This document shows positions 8,101 to 15,479 of a stretch of DNA of 64,000 nt, one piece after another. The position numbers were made by a program, and so were the translations under genes. The number at the start of each line of letters is the position of its first letter. Positions within the stretch are counted from its first letter, which is position 1. This DNA is from Candidatus Pacearchaeota archaeon UBA92 (GTDB taxonomy: Archaea; Nanobdellota; Nanobdellia; Pacearchaeales; GW2011-AR1), in contig DANJ01000011.1 in assembly GCA_002497285.1 (NCBI GenBank), forward strand, positions 3,091-67,090, read 5' to 3'. The notes under the pieces were generated by a model that worked only from the letters and a program-made list of their open reading frames with translations, did not search any database and was not told where the DNA came from.

Positions 8101-10617
8101 TTCTCTGGCTCCAATAGAAAAGTTCTGATTGATAGAAGTAGAAATTTGTCCAAGTAAACTTGAGATAGTCGGATTTGCTCCGTCAAGATATATTAAAATA
8201 TCTGAACCATTATTAACCGTCGTAAAGAAATGCCAATTTCCATCAGATATTTGATTAGAATAAATACGCGCCAATCCTTGACCTGAAGCATAAGTATACA
8301 AAAATGTTAGATTAGAAGAGATAACCTCCGTCTCCCAGCCAAAAATAGCAAAGGGTAGAGAAGGAGTGAAAAAATCAGATACAATTCCCCCAGTCGTATC
8401 CGTTGTTTTTACCCATCCCGAAACACTAAATGGGTTTTTCCCATTAATAATATCATCAAGAGAATCTATTCTTATGTAATCACCATTCCCATCATAATGA
8501 CTTCCATTCCCAAACATTCCAGTACTATTAATTTGGGCATTTCCATTTAAAGTCCCATTATTCCCATAACTGCTCTCATCAAACACCGTAGATGAATTAG
8601 CACTATCCATCCCATACCATCCCAGCAAACTATCATCAAAATCTGTAAATGCATAATGATCTCCATTACCTGTCGAATTAGAGCTTACATTAACATAAAT
8701 ATCTGTATTTGTCTGTGAGCTTGCATTTGCAGGCGTTGGCGAAACAAAACTTATATCTGGCACTCCTCCCAGAACAGGGTCAACGATATGGTCAAACTCA
8801 ACAGCCCCATTTAAAACTCGCAAATCAAAAGTGTCCTGCTCTCCCTGCAGACCAGTCAAAATTACTCTATTATATTCATTATCCGTCAAACTATCAAATT
8901 GTGCAATTATATCATTTTGATTATTTTCATAAACATCAATACTTGGTGTTCCATTAACAGTTCTCGGATATACTGTAATATCTCTCTCGTTCGTCAGATT
9001 CCTCTCAAAAGTCACACGAACATACTCATCTTCGTTAATCGTCTCGCTCCAGTTTTCATCCAATTGTGAAACTTCCGGATAAATATCCGAAAGAACAGTT
9101 CGATTAGAGTCCAAATGTTCTGCTTTAGTTACTAAGATTATATCGAAAGTCTGGTTACTTAAATGTGGAACCATAAATTCTATATAATCATACAAACCAT
9201 TTCCATCAGTATCATAAAGATCGTATGAGATATAAGTATCATTTTCTATCCATTTTATCATTGCACTATTCTTGTTCTTTAAACCGAAGCTTTCATTTAT
9301 TGTTGTATAAGCAAGAACATTTTCATAATGCACACTGTCAGGTCCAAAAACTTTTATTCTCTTTCCATTTTCCATCAGTTCTTCCTCGCTGTATGGCGCA
9401 GGAGTTTCATATTCAATTTCAACTTCCTTAACTTCATCATGTATCTCAACTAATTGCACTTCTTGTCCTTGAGAATTAAGCTCTTCCGCAACAACCTTCC
9501 CTGAAAAGCCAAGATTTCCTAAAACTCTCGAAATCCAGTTTGAAAATCCGCTTTTACTATCTTCCCTGCTAATAACTTTAACAAAATTCCCTGTAACTCC
9601 TACAGAAACACTTCCATCTCCTGAATCAGAACCTAAATTTGAAGCAGAATCACTTCCTTCGACAGGGTCACTTCCAGAGTTATCTCCCGAATCGGTAGAA
9701 ACACTATTATCTCCAGCGTTACTTGTCTCATCTTCTTGCGGATTTGAATCAGGATTAGCAGAATTATCTCCCTCATTAGAATTTTCCTCCTGACTATCTA
9801 GATTATCTCCTGAATTACTTCCCTCATTATCAGGACTATTAGTGTCCTCCCCAGAACTTTCTACATTATTAGTGTTGCTTCCACTATCTTCAGTTTTATT
9901 CTTATAGACATCATTCCTTTCATCGTTTTTCTCATCCTTGCTATTCTTCTCAAAATCTTCAACATCGACAACCGTAGCATTTACAATTGTAACATTAAAT
10001 TCTTCTTTAGATTTTTTATCCTTAAACTCATCTGGAGAGGTTTTATTTTCAGTGGTCTCATTACTAATAACTTCATTCCCAATTGTTTCGTTTGCAAGAG
10101 TAATATTCCCAATTGTTTCGTTTGCAAGAGTAATATTATTAGTAAAATTACCCAAAAAGATACTAATAATAGATACATTAGTCGCGTCTATTGGAATTGC
10201 AATAGACAAATTGCTTTCCTGCGATAAAGAAATATTCTTATTCCATCTTACCGGCCTGTTAAGAACAGCCCCATACTGAAGAGTCTTAGATTTTACAGTT
10301 ATATCTTCTGCAGAATCAACAGATTCATAATCCTTAACAACCAAGTTTTTGTCCACTTCAGTTATTTTTCCAGAATCAAATGGAGTCAATTCATTTCCAT
10401 TAAAATCGTTTACAGAAAAACCAGTTATTTTAAAATTTATCAGAATAAAAATAAGTAGGATAACTGAAATGAGAAGCAAAATTAAAATTAATTCACTCTT
10501 TTTATTTTTATCTTTACCGACGTAACTAGTAACCACTTCTCCGTTCACTCTTTTGTTTTCATAAAGATAAGGGCCATACCTCTTACCTCCTCTCTTGATA
10601 TATTTTCTATGCACCAT
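2185..10617 (-). CDS. giant (2810 aa) modular cell-surface protein (LamG/ConA-like lectin, Ig-like and Gly-rich beta-helix-like modules)
   Basis: 8433-nt ORF. It has a basic N-terminus plus TM (SELILILLLISVILLIFILINF) and an acidic S/N/D/E low-complexity region. There are two LamG-like modules (GSIDEVLVFNRSLSAGEISALYN; GSIDEFLIFNRSLSSAEVQSLYN) and three Ig-like modules (LNFNVSLSENGSV.Y.LD.GINN.TM...YTF.VYANDT.GN.NYSE). Two Gly-rich blocks follow (GGSIWLKGN.ISGDGSL...GGGGRI), then a poly-Gly/Ser linker and a C-terminal TM plus basic tail (FFRRKKIFRVSKRK). Confidence 0.85.
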   Translation of the reverse strand: MVHRKYIKRGGKRYGPYLYENKRVNGEVVTSYVGKDKNKKSELILILLLISVILLIFILINFKITGFSVNDFNGNELTPFDSGKITEVDKNLVVKDYESVDSAEDITVKSKTLQYGAVLNRPVRWNKNISLSQESNLSIAIPIDATNVSIISIFLGNFTNNITLANETIGNITLANETIGNEVISNETTENKTSPDEFKDKKSKEEFNVTIVNATVVDVEDFEKNSKDEKNDERNDVYKNKTEDSGSNTNNVESSGEDTNSPDNEGSNSGDNLDSQEENSNEGDNSANPDSNPQEDETSNAGDNSVSTDSGDNSGSDPVEGSDSASNLGSDSGDGSVSVGVTGNFVKVISREDSKSGFSNWISRVLGNLGFSGKVVAEELNSQGQEVQLVEIHDEVKEVEIEYETPAPYSEEELMENGKRIKVFGPDSVHYENVLAYTTINESFGLKNKNSAMIKWIENDTYISYDLYDTDGNGLYDYIEFMVPHLSNQTFDIILVTKAEHLDSNRTVLSDIYPEVSQLDENWSETINEDEYVRVTFERNLTNERDITVYPRTVNGTPSIDVYENNQNDIIAQFDSLTDNEYNRVILTGLQGEQDTFDLRVLNGAVEFDHIVDPVLGGVPDISFVSPTPANASSQTNTDIYVNVSSNSTGNGDHYAFTDFDDSLLGWYGMDSANSSTVFDESSYGNNGTLNGNAQINSTGMFGNGSHYDGNGDYIRIDSLDDIINGKNPFSVSGWVKTTDTTGGIVSDFFTPSLPFAIFGWETEVISSNLTFLYTYASGQGLARIYSNQISDGNWHFFTTVNNGSDILIYLDGANPTISSLLGQISTSINQNFSIGARETNYLAGSIDEVLVFNRSLSAGEISALYNATATQYQNNFTNLAVGDHTFTAYAVDIAGNKNSTDKRTVTINNASADTTAPNVNVIFPTAGATYNALPLNFNVSLSENGSVQYTLDGGINNITMTVNGTGNGFNYTNNSIADGAYTFRVYANDTVGNKNYSEQRIMTVQAGIGTNTWISSSNQLFDNATAWSRGRVPIAGDDIVFNSSGTGNVNVTNNTLPQDLGSFTVTSGYTGSIHFNALFAVGSWGANAVGSQYWNVTNNINVSGGTMKIYGDYVGNSTNTPGYNLTADGEGQIWRSLNGNITIGSSGVLNGTGLGFGTDSGPGSLAGVRSGGAHGGRGGSNTKDPYGNATAPTSLGSGGTSTGSGIGRPGGSAVKLEGDVILADGNLVFDGVGGTTNTKPGAGGSIWLKGNAISGDGSLRADAGSLTGSNNPGGGGGRIRLDYTNLLNYTGNISVSGSVGFSSSGDQGTLTFTDNIWPMDWNLTGNIGLLGGDAGDGDVINVLGNFDSNGFNVSIYGDCFLNASNPITCYNITSDGKGVWINSSGNITISQKSILKGTDFGFPVCAGPGSPLTCSSTKHGGSYGGLGSQGVSTYGNETAPTSLGSGGGGGNGAAAIKLEGDRIIVNGTISMDAVTSTQGLRGSGGSIWLKGNVISGDGSLSVRSSDIGGNLNRGAGGGGRIAITSSNNLNFLGNINASGGYETCLGSTPCIDHGGGGTIFINSSSSIILSGTLESKGKSGGTVNMTSILLNLPGIFNATKYINGMADGTITTSYTDCSSTFTGVFDPARIDEGPECDTTGLGVTIVFPESETYGLNNLPLNFNVSLSENGSVLYSLDDGINNITMSSVNNQNFNASNSSIASGNYTFRVYANDTVGNKNYSESVNFEFDSIAPAISFVSPTPANASNQTNTDIYVNVSSSDASDHYSFVDFDNSLVLWMRMDDVNASGDPVDLSSYSNNGSLSNGAIINSTGYFGNASWHDGINDYINTNVGLLNDLTDLSVSFWSYHKGGSSRGIWGQGDSSTSSFMEDNRIFFRGSSSQSWSINNPFITNTWQHMVVVRNLSNIYLYVDGQLNKSVAITGAVITDATTNNFLIGRTGAGTGGAVRYFNGSIDEFLIFNRSLSSAEVQSLYNASATKYSNNFTELSVGNHTFTAHAVDTSGNKNQTDERVVEIESGDLEYPIFSEFTENPANNTVYASGVSYEFNATVTSTNGTVLLEFNSVNYSTTNISGVFSGNVSNLAVGAYNYRWHGYGNGTNALFNSSSLRSYTIAQATGNVEVYLNGSAGNVSVERGATVTYNASVLTGEINTVVYLDGALVANGTATTNTTVTSVAGSINITAVLPGSQNYTGESVTRWIDVVDTVSPGVTINFPANASYGLNDLSLNFNVSLSENGSVQYTLDSGINNVTMTGNEGLFGTLFNASNGSIASGSYTFKVYANDTFGNRNYSESVTFSFDSVNPLVIINSPRNRTYNNHSAIDVRYRASDETDLDTAWYFVLNSSGAVIVANTTLTGNTTFTMPVTGSNFTFFLYANDTSNNLNNSENVIFHILNDRRYVRYEGFYGQGDTTNLDGLNDSQLANLSGFILHNPSHGKIRFLRSVDLTNTNTSNNVTDLDSWVNITSNRIELNSTAALGLNVSANLTLQNLTFTDPRVLRDGVVCTDTCTELSYSSGVLVFNVTGFSVYTTEETPADSGGSSGGSSGGSGGGGGGGGGGGTSSGTADVKVLTGDLEIESSPGKPEKRTITLRNDGDKAITLLISGKGFDDILLPNDVTLAPGEEKEIDMEVISSGKKLETGSILFKDGDFVVAKVDVVLNVKSENFLFDASLFLAEQFRRVNAGEPLKAQINLKEVGRQVDKVDVVATYVIKDFSGNSYFEESETFYVLGVKEFVKDIPTDDLSPGRYILGVEVFYPGAFATTTSQFEILENKKDFLKNPSLIIIIGTLIFMALILGVVFFRRKKIFRVSKRK
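10075..10134. repeat. perfect 30-bp tandem duplication inside the giant gene
   Basis: attcccaattgtttcgtttgcaagagtaat occurs twice back to back (10075-10104 and 10105-10134). It encodes NITLANETIG twice. Confidence 0.9.
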
Positions 10618-10808
10618 CGACCTCTTAAATGTAGATTAAAAAAAGAGGATAAAACCCTATTTAAGTATTTCTGATAATGAGATGTAGGATAAATAATAAA
10701 ATGGAATTGCCAACGAAGCTCCTTCTCCTTGACAGAGCGGAACATCAGAAAAAACATTATTATGGACAAGTCTGTTAATTAGAGCATATGTTTTTAAGAA
10801 TTGTCCTT

Positions 10809-10852
10809 TAGAGAATTCTGGGGAAAAGTGTTATAATTACCAGAATTCTCTA
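10809..10852. repeat. perfect 13-bp inverted repeat (hairpin/palindrome) in the 385-bp intergenic region
   Basis: tagagaattctgg (10809-10821) and ccagaattctcta (10840-10852) are separated by an 18-nt spacer. Confidence 0.85.
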
Positions 10853-11002
10853 TATCTCTTACAACTCATTTTTATCAGACGCTGGATAATACTTGTTAGA
10901 CTATTTTATCTTTATATTATAATTCTGCCTTACTTTATTTATCCAAAAATCTACAGGGGGATTATAAAAGAATAAAAATTATGTAGGATAAACAAATTTT
11001 GA

Positions 11003-12022
11003 CTACTTCCCGAAATTTCTTTTTCGCATTCCATAAATTTTGACCGCTTTTCTAAGTTGTTCAGGTCCAAAATCTGGAAAATATTCATCCGCGAAATAAA
11101 ACTCCGTATATGCAGTTTGGAAAGGCATAAAACCGCTTAATCTTTTCTCTCCTGATGTTCTAATTACCAAATCTGGTTCAGGAATGCCTGCAGAATCTAA
11201 AAAGCTTGAAAAAACATGCTCATCCACTTCAGATTTTCCCAATTTTAGAATTTTATTAACTGTTCTGACAATTTCATCTTTTCCCCCATAATCAAGACAC
11301 AACTGAAAATTAAAATCATTATATTCCTTACTCTCTTCTTCAATCGCCAAAATTTCATTAAGCAATTTTTTAGGTAATCTGTCCTTTCTTCCAAGGTGTC
11401 TAAATCTTACCTTCTCCTTTGCAACATCCTTTCTGAATTCTTTAAGAACCCTAAGGAATAAATCAAAAAGGTTTTTCTTTTCTGCGATGCCCCTATTCCA
11501 ATTTTCAGTTGAAAAGCCCCATAAAGTGAAGTATTGCACACCTAAATTCCTAGCTTCGTTGAGTAAAGAATGTAAATTTTCATAAGAGCCAGATTTCAGA
11601 TGTCCCTCAATTTCCTTGAGCCCTTTCTCTTTAGCCCATCTCCTATTTCCATCAGGAATTACAGCAACATGCCCTGGAACCTCCAAATGTCCAAAAAAAC
11701 TCTTTCCAAGATTAGAAAAGCTCTTTTTTTGATCAAGAACAATTCCCTCATCTCTTTTAATTTTAAAATCCTTAAACTTCTCTTTACATTCAGAAAATAA
11801 ATAAGACATTCCTAAAACCGAAGAAGGAAAATAACCCTTTTGCAAGCTTAAAACTAATTCATTAAGTTTTTCCTTGCTTCCCTGAGCAAGAACAAATACA
11901 CTTCCGTTCTCTTGATTACTAACAAACCCCTTCAAGCCAAGCTTATCAGCACTCTCCCTTACAAAATGTCTAAATCCTACAGCTTGGACTCGCCCATACA
12001 ATTCAACTCTTATTTCTTCCAT
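11003..12022 (-). CDS. uppS: acylphosphatase domain fused to cis-prenyltransferase (UppS family isoprenyl transferase)
   Basis: The N-terminal ~90 aa, VELYGRVQAVGFRHFVRESADKLGLKGFVSNQENGSVFVLAQG, matches the acylphosphatase signature. The rest carries UppS motifs: HVAVIPDGNRRWAKEKG, TLWGFSTENWNR, LVIRTSGEKRLSGFMPFQTAYTEFYF. Confidence 0.8.
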   Translation of the reverse strand: MEEIRVELYGRVQAVGFRHFVRESADKLGLKGFVSNQENGSVFVLAQGSKEKLNELVLSLQKGYFPSSVLGMSYLFSECKEKFKDFKIKRDEGIVLDQKKSFSNLGKSFFGHLEVPGHVAVIPDGNRRWAKEKGLKEIEGHLKSGSYENLHSLLNEARNLGVQYFTLWGFSTENWNRGIAEKKNLFDLFLRVLKEFRKDVAKEKVRFRHLGRKDRLPKKLLNEILAIEEESKEYNDFNFQLCLDYGGKDEIVRTVNKILKLGKSEVDEHVFSSFLDSAGIPEPDLVIRTSGEKRLSGFMPFQTAYTEFYFADEYFPDFGPEQLRKAVKIYGMRKRNFGK

Positions 12023-13059
12023 TAAAGTTTCATATAGATGCTTTCTTTAAATCTTTCCAAATCTGCGCTTCTTAATCTTACCCCGACTGCATCTCTATGT
12101 CCTCCTCCAGTAGACCCAGGAAAATCAGGTAATATTTTCTCAATTAGTTCTCTTACATTATTTCCCCTTAAAGATAAGTTAGATATTCCTCCATTATCAT
12201 ATGCAACTACAGTTATTTTATCAGGATATAAATAATATAACTCATTTGAAATTTCAGAACTAATACTTAAATCTCCGCCATAAATAAAAAATAAAATTTT
12301 ATCCCCTACATCCTTCTTCGCCTTATTCACTAAAACGTCATACTTAGTTTTTATCTCTCTATACTTTTTACCAAAATTGCTGTAAGAATCTATTTCCTGC
12401 ATCAATATCTCTGGAGAACTGCATTCGAGTAAGAAGTTTTGCAAATAAACCACGTGTGTAACAGAATCCATCAATCCAAAACCAAGTGCTCTGGCAAGAG
12501 AGCCAATTCCGCTCTTATAATAAACATCAAATGGCTTCTTCATATCCTTGCCTGCAAACATTTTATACTTCTCCTTAAACTCATCATAAAAATCAGGCAT
12601 GAAATTATCTGCCACACACCCAATAACTGCAAACCACATATCCTCTTTTCTTCCTGTAATTTTATATGAAAGATAAGTAACTGGCTCTGCTTTCTTATCC
12701 CCTGATTTAGCAGAGTTATAAGTGAATACATCTTCATAACTTTCCTCAGTATCGTGGTGGTCTATCCATACAAGGGGTATTCCCATATCTCTCACCTCCT
12801 TAACAAAATTTTCTCCTAATATTGGCTGATCCAAAACAAAAACATAATCAGCCTTTAACTCCTGAATTTTTCTTAAATAACCCACATCGACTCCAGGATG
12901 GGTTCTTACAGCAACCCCCTTGCCTCTTCCAATAAATTTTCTCAGAATTATATAACTCATCAACCCGTCTGCATCATTATCATAAAAGAACAATGGGTTC
13001 TGTGCACTCTCAAGATGATCCTTTATCTCATTTATCTCTTTATCTGTCAACATAAACAA
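12022..13059 (-). CDS. DHH/DHHA1 phosphoesterase (RecJ/GAN-like)
   Basis: Motifs NDADGLMS, WIDHHD and GGGHRDAVG. It overlaps the uppS start by 1 nt. Confidence 0.7.
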   Translation of the reverse strand: MFMLTDKEINEIKDHLESAQNPLFFYDNDADGLMSYIILRKFIGRGKGVAVRTHPGVDVGYLRKIQELKADYVFVLDQPILGENFVKEVRDMGIPLVWIDHHDTEESYEDVFTYNSAKSGDKKAEPVTYLSYKITGRKEDMWFAVIGCVADNFMPDFYDEFKEKYKMFAGKDMKKPFDVYYKSGIGSLARALGFGLMDSVTHVVYLQNFLLECSSPEILMQEIDSYSNFGKKYREIKTKYDVLVNKAKKDVGDKILFFIYGGDLSISSEISNELYYLYPDKITVVAYDNGGISNLSLRGNNVRELIEKILPDFPGSTGGGHRDAVGVRLRSADLERFKESIYMKL

Positions 13060-13140
13060 ATTTCAGAAACAACCTATTTAAGTCTAACGCTATATATCAA
13101 AAACAACAATATTTATAAACCGAAATAGAATAAAAATAAC

Positions 13141-13344
13141 ATGGATAAATGGGCTGAAATTCTACTTGGACTTATCCTAGTAATAGTTCCAATACTATTA
13201 GCATGGTACTCAGGATCCTGGTTTGGAGTTTTCTGGAACTTCAAGCACGCAGCATGGGAATTTCTTAAAGGTGGAATCTTCTGGTTTATAGTAATGATAG
13301 GACTATTATTTATACTTCTAGGCATCTCAGATTTGAAAGGATAA
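13141..13344 (+). CDS. small membrane protein
   Basis: 67-aa ORF with two hydrophobic helices. Confidence 0.4.
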   Translation: MDKWAEILLGLILVIVPILLAWYSGSWFGVFWNFKHAAWEFLKGGIFWFIVMIGLLFILLGISDLKG

Positions 13345-13379
13345 ATAACATTTATAATCTCCTCATTCCTCTATTAAAA

Positions 13380-13631
13380 ATGAAAAGAGGCGTTTCATCC
13401 AAATTTCTTTTAGAACAAACCTTACTTTCCAATGAAAGAACCCTGTTAGCTTATATAAGAACAGCCATGGCTTCTCTAATATTTGGTTTTGCCCTATTAC
13501 AATTCGGCTCATCTGTTCCTAATGTAATTTCTCTTGGCTATTCGGCAATCGCAGTTGGAATCATATTTCTCCTCATCGGACTAACTCATTATCATTATAA
13601 CCGGCTAAAAATAACCCAAACGTTTAGATAA
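13380..13631 (+). CDS. DUF202 (YidH-like) membrane protein
   Basis: LSNERTLLAYIRTAMASL motif followed by two further TM helices. Confidence 0.55.
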   Translation: MKRGVSSKFLLEQTLLSNERTLLAYIRTAMASLIFGFALLQFGSSVPNVISLGYSAIAVGIIFLLIGLTHYHYNRLKITQTFR

Positions 13632-13671
13632 GCGCAATAATCAATAAATACCTACTTATTCCTTTCAAGTT

Positions 13672-14841
13672 ATGTCTCCATGCAAAATCTGCGGCCAAGA
13701 AGATTGTAAGAAGCACTCGTTCTTAATTCCTATAAAAAACATAAGAACTGAATTTTCAGGCTCATCCCCTCCAGAGATATTTGTAGGACGCTGGAATTAT
13801 CCAAATGTTTACACAGGAATCCTATCTCCTGAGACGTATGGAAATAATGAAATAATGTCTTCTCCGGAACAATGGAAAGAAAAAAATCTCAAAATCGGCG
13901 ACATTATGCAATTAAGAAACAAATTAATTTATTCCAGAACTCAAACATACATAAAGAAACAAGAATCCCAGTTCCTCAACGTTTTTCATGAAATTGCAAT
14001 GACTCATAAATCAGTGGCAACAGAATTCAAACTAAAAAAACCAATAAATTTTACAAACCATCCAGATTCAAGAGTTCCATTAATATCGAGAGCCGCACCA
14101 TTAGAAAGAGCAATTCTTCAAGAAAATACTAAAATAAAAACAAAGGTAGATTATCTAGTAAATGACACCGAAATAAAATCTTCACCTGCAATCCTTGAAC
14201 TACATAAATTCATCCCAGTATCAAATATAATAAAAATACTTTCAGCAGGCCTTCTAGGATTAAAGAAAAACAGAAAACTTGTCCCAACAAGATGGGCAAT
14301 AACGGCCACAGATGACACTCTCTCAAAAAGTAAGCTTGAAAAAATTCGTTATTTTCCAGAAATCTCTGAATTCCAAGTTTTCAACGTAGAATACCTCGGA
14401 AACCATTACGAGTTTCTCCTTTTTCCGGACAAATACTCATTTGAAGTAATCGAAATATCTATGAAAAATTTTTCTGCCTGGCAAGATTACGAAACCTTTT
14501 TTCCGAGAAAAAAATATGCTGATTCTGTAACTGGTGCATATTATGCTAACCGTCTCGCTTTGACGGAATACTTAGAAAGAATAAAAAGGCAAGCCTCTTG
14601 CCTAGTATTTCGCGAAATACGCCCAGAATATTACGCTCCTTGTGGTGTGGGAATATTAAGAGAAACAAGCCGGACTGCATTCCAACAAAAACCAATGGTC
14701 TTCCAGACATTAAAAGAATCTCTTCAAGATATTCAATCAAGACTCAGAATGAAAGTAGAAAATTTCACGCAACGCTCATGGTTAATAAAGAATTCAGGAA
14801 AACAGACAAAACTAAGTCAATTTTTAGGAATCGCTAATTAA
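13672..14841 (+). CDS. archaeal Nre-family (NreA-like) DNA-repair-associated protein
   Basis: N-terminal Cys cluster (CKICGQEDCKKH) followed by PPEIFVGRWNYPNVYTGIL. By memory this matches the Nre_N/Nre_C family pattern. Confidence 0.5.
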   Translation: MSPCKICGQEDCKKHSFLIPIKNIRTEFSGSSPPEIFVGRWNYPNVYTGILSPETYGNNEIMSSPEQWKEKNLKIGDIMQLRNKLIYSRTQTYIKKQESQFLNVFHEIAMTHKSVATEFKLKKPINFTNHPDSRVPLISRAAPLERAILQENTKIKTKVDYLVNDTEIKSSPAILELHKFIPVSNIIKILSAGLLGLKKNRKLVPTRWAITATDDTLSKSKLEKIRYFPEISEFQVFNVEYLGNHYEFLLFPDKYSFEVIEISMKNFSAWQDYETFFPRKKYADSVTGAYYANRLALTEYLERIKRQASCLVFREIRPEYYAPCGVGILRETSRTAFQQKPMVFQTLKESLQDIQSRLRMKVENFTQRSWLIKNSGKQTKLSQFLGIAN

Positions 14842-15410
14842 CTTTTATTACCCTTCTTTCCAGCAATTCTCTTCAAAACTGCCTTAACATTTTTATTCAG
14901 TTGTGTCATCGCATCTTCCAACTGCACCCTGCTCTTTGTCCCAGTGCAAACCAATTTCCCATTTGAAAATAGAAGAAAAGTAGTTGTTGGTTCAACTAAC
15001 TTGTAAACAAGTCCAGGAAATTGCTCTGGTTCATATTCAGTATTTTCCAATTCAAGAGCAAGAACATTGAGGTTAAGGTCAACGTCAATACTTCCAGATG
15101 CAACAATGTTTTGCACTGTTATCTTTGGTTTGTCCGTTATCTTAACCCCAATTTTAGCAAGTTGTTTTATGACTTGCTCAATCACCTCTTTAACTTGTGC
15201 AACACTTTTTGTCCCAGTACACACAAGATTCCCAGAAGAGAACACCAAAACCGCTGATTTTGGTTTTTGAACCCTTAAAACAAGTCCAGGAAATTGCTCA
15301 GGATTGTATTCTGTGTTGCTCTGACTTCTTGCCAGTTTTGTTAATGATACTGGTTTTCCCAAAGAACTTGTAGCCACAATATTTTGAACCTTTAAATCTG
15401 ATTTTGCCAT
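14838..15410 (-). CDS. tbp: TATA-box binding protein
   Basis: Two tandem TBP repeats: VQNIVATSSLG...EYNPEQFPGLVLRV...VLVFSSGNLVCTGTKS and VQNIVASGSID...EYEPEQFPGLVYKL...FLLFSNGKLVCTGTKS. Confidence 0.95.
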   Translation of the reverse strand: MAKSDLKVQNIVATSSLGKPVSLTKLARSQSNTEYNPEQFPGLVLRVQKPKSAVLVFSSGNLVCTGTKSVAQVKEVIEQVIKQLAKIGVKITDKPKITVQNIVASGSIDVDLNLNVLALELENTEYEPEQFPGLVYKLVEPTTTFLLFSNGKLVCTGTKSRVQLEDAMTQLNKNVKAVLKRIAGKKGNKS

Positions 15411-15479
15411 GTTAGAATATACCCTTTTTAAATAAAATTCATTTATAAACCTTCCGTCGAAGTTTAAAAAAATAAATCC

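Noticed and set aside
3700-8800. Regularly recurring near-identical DNA segments (also 60500-61350) that could superficially suggest a CRISPR-like array.
   Set aside because: The units are 220-260 bp or larger, lie in frame within long ORFs and encode Ig-like and LamG modules. There is no short repeat/spacer alternation and there are no cas genes.
10545-10769. 74-aa minus-strand ORF overlapping the start of the giant gene.
   Set aside because: It overlaps the 5' end of 2185-10617 out of frame and runs through its promoter region. No motifs are present, so it is most likely spurious.
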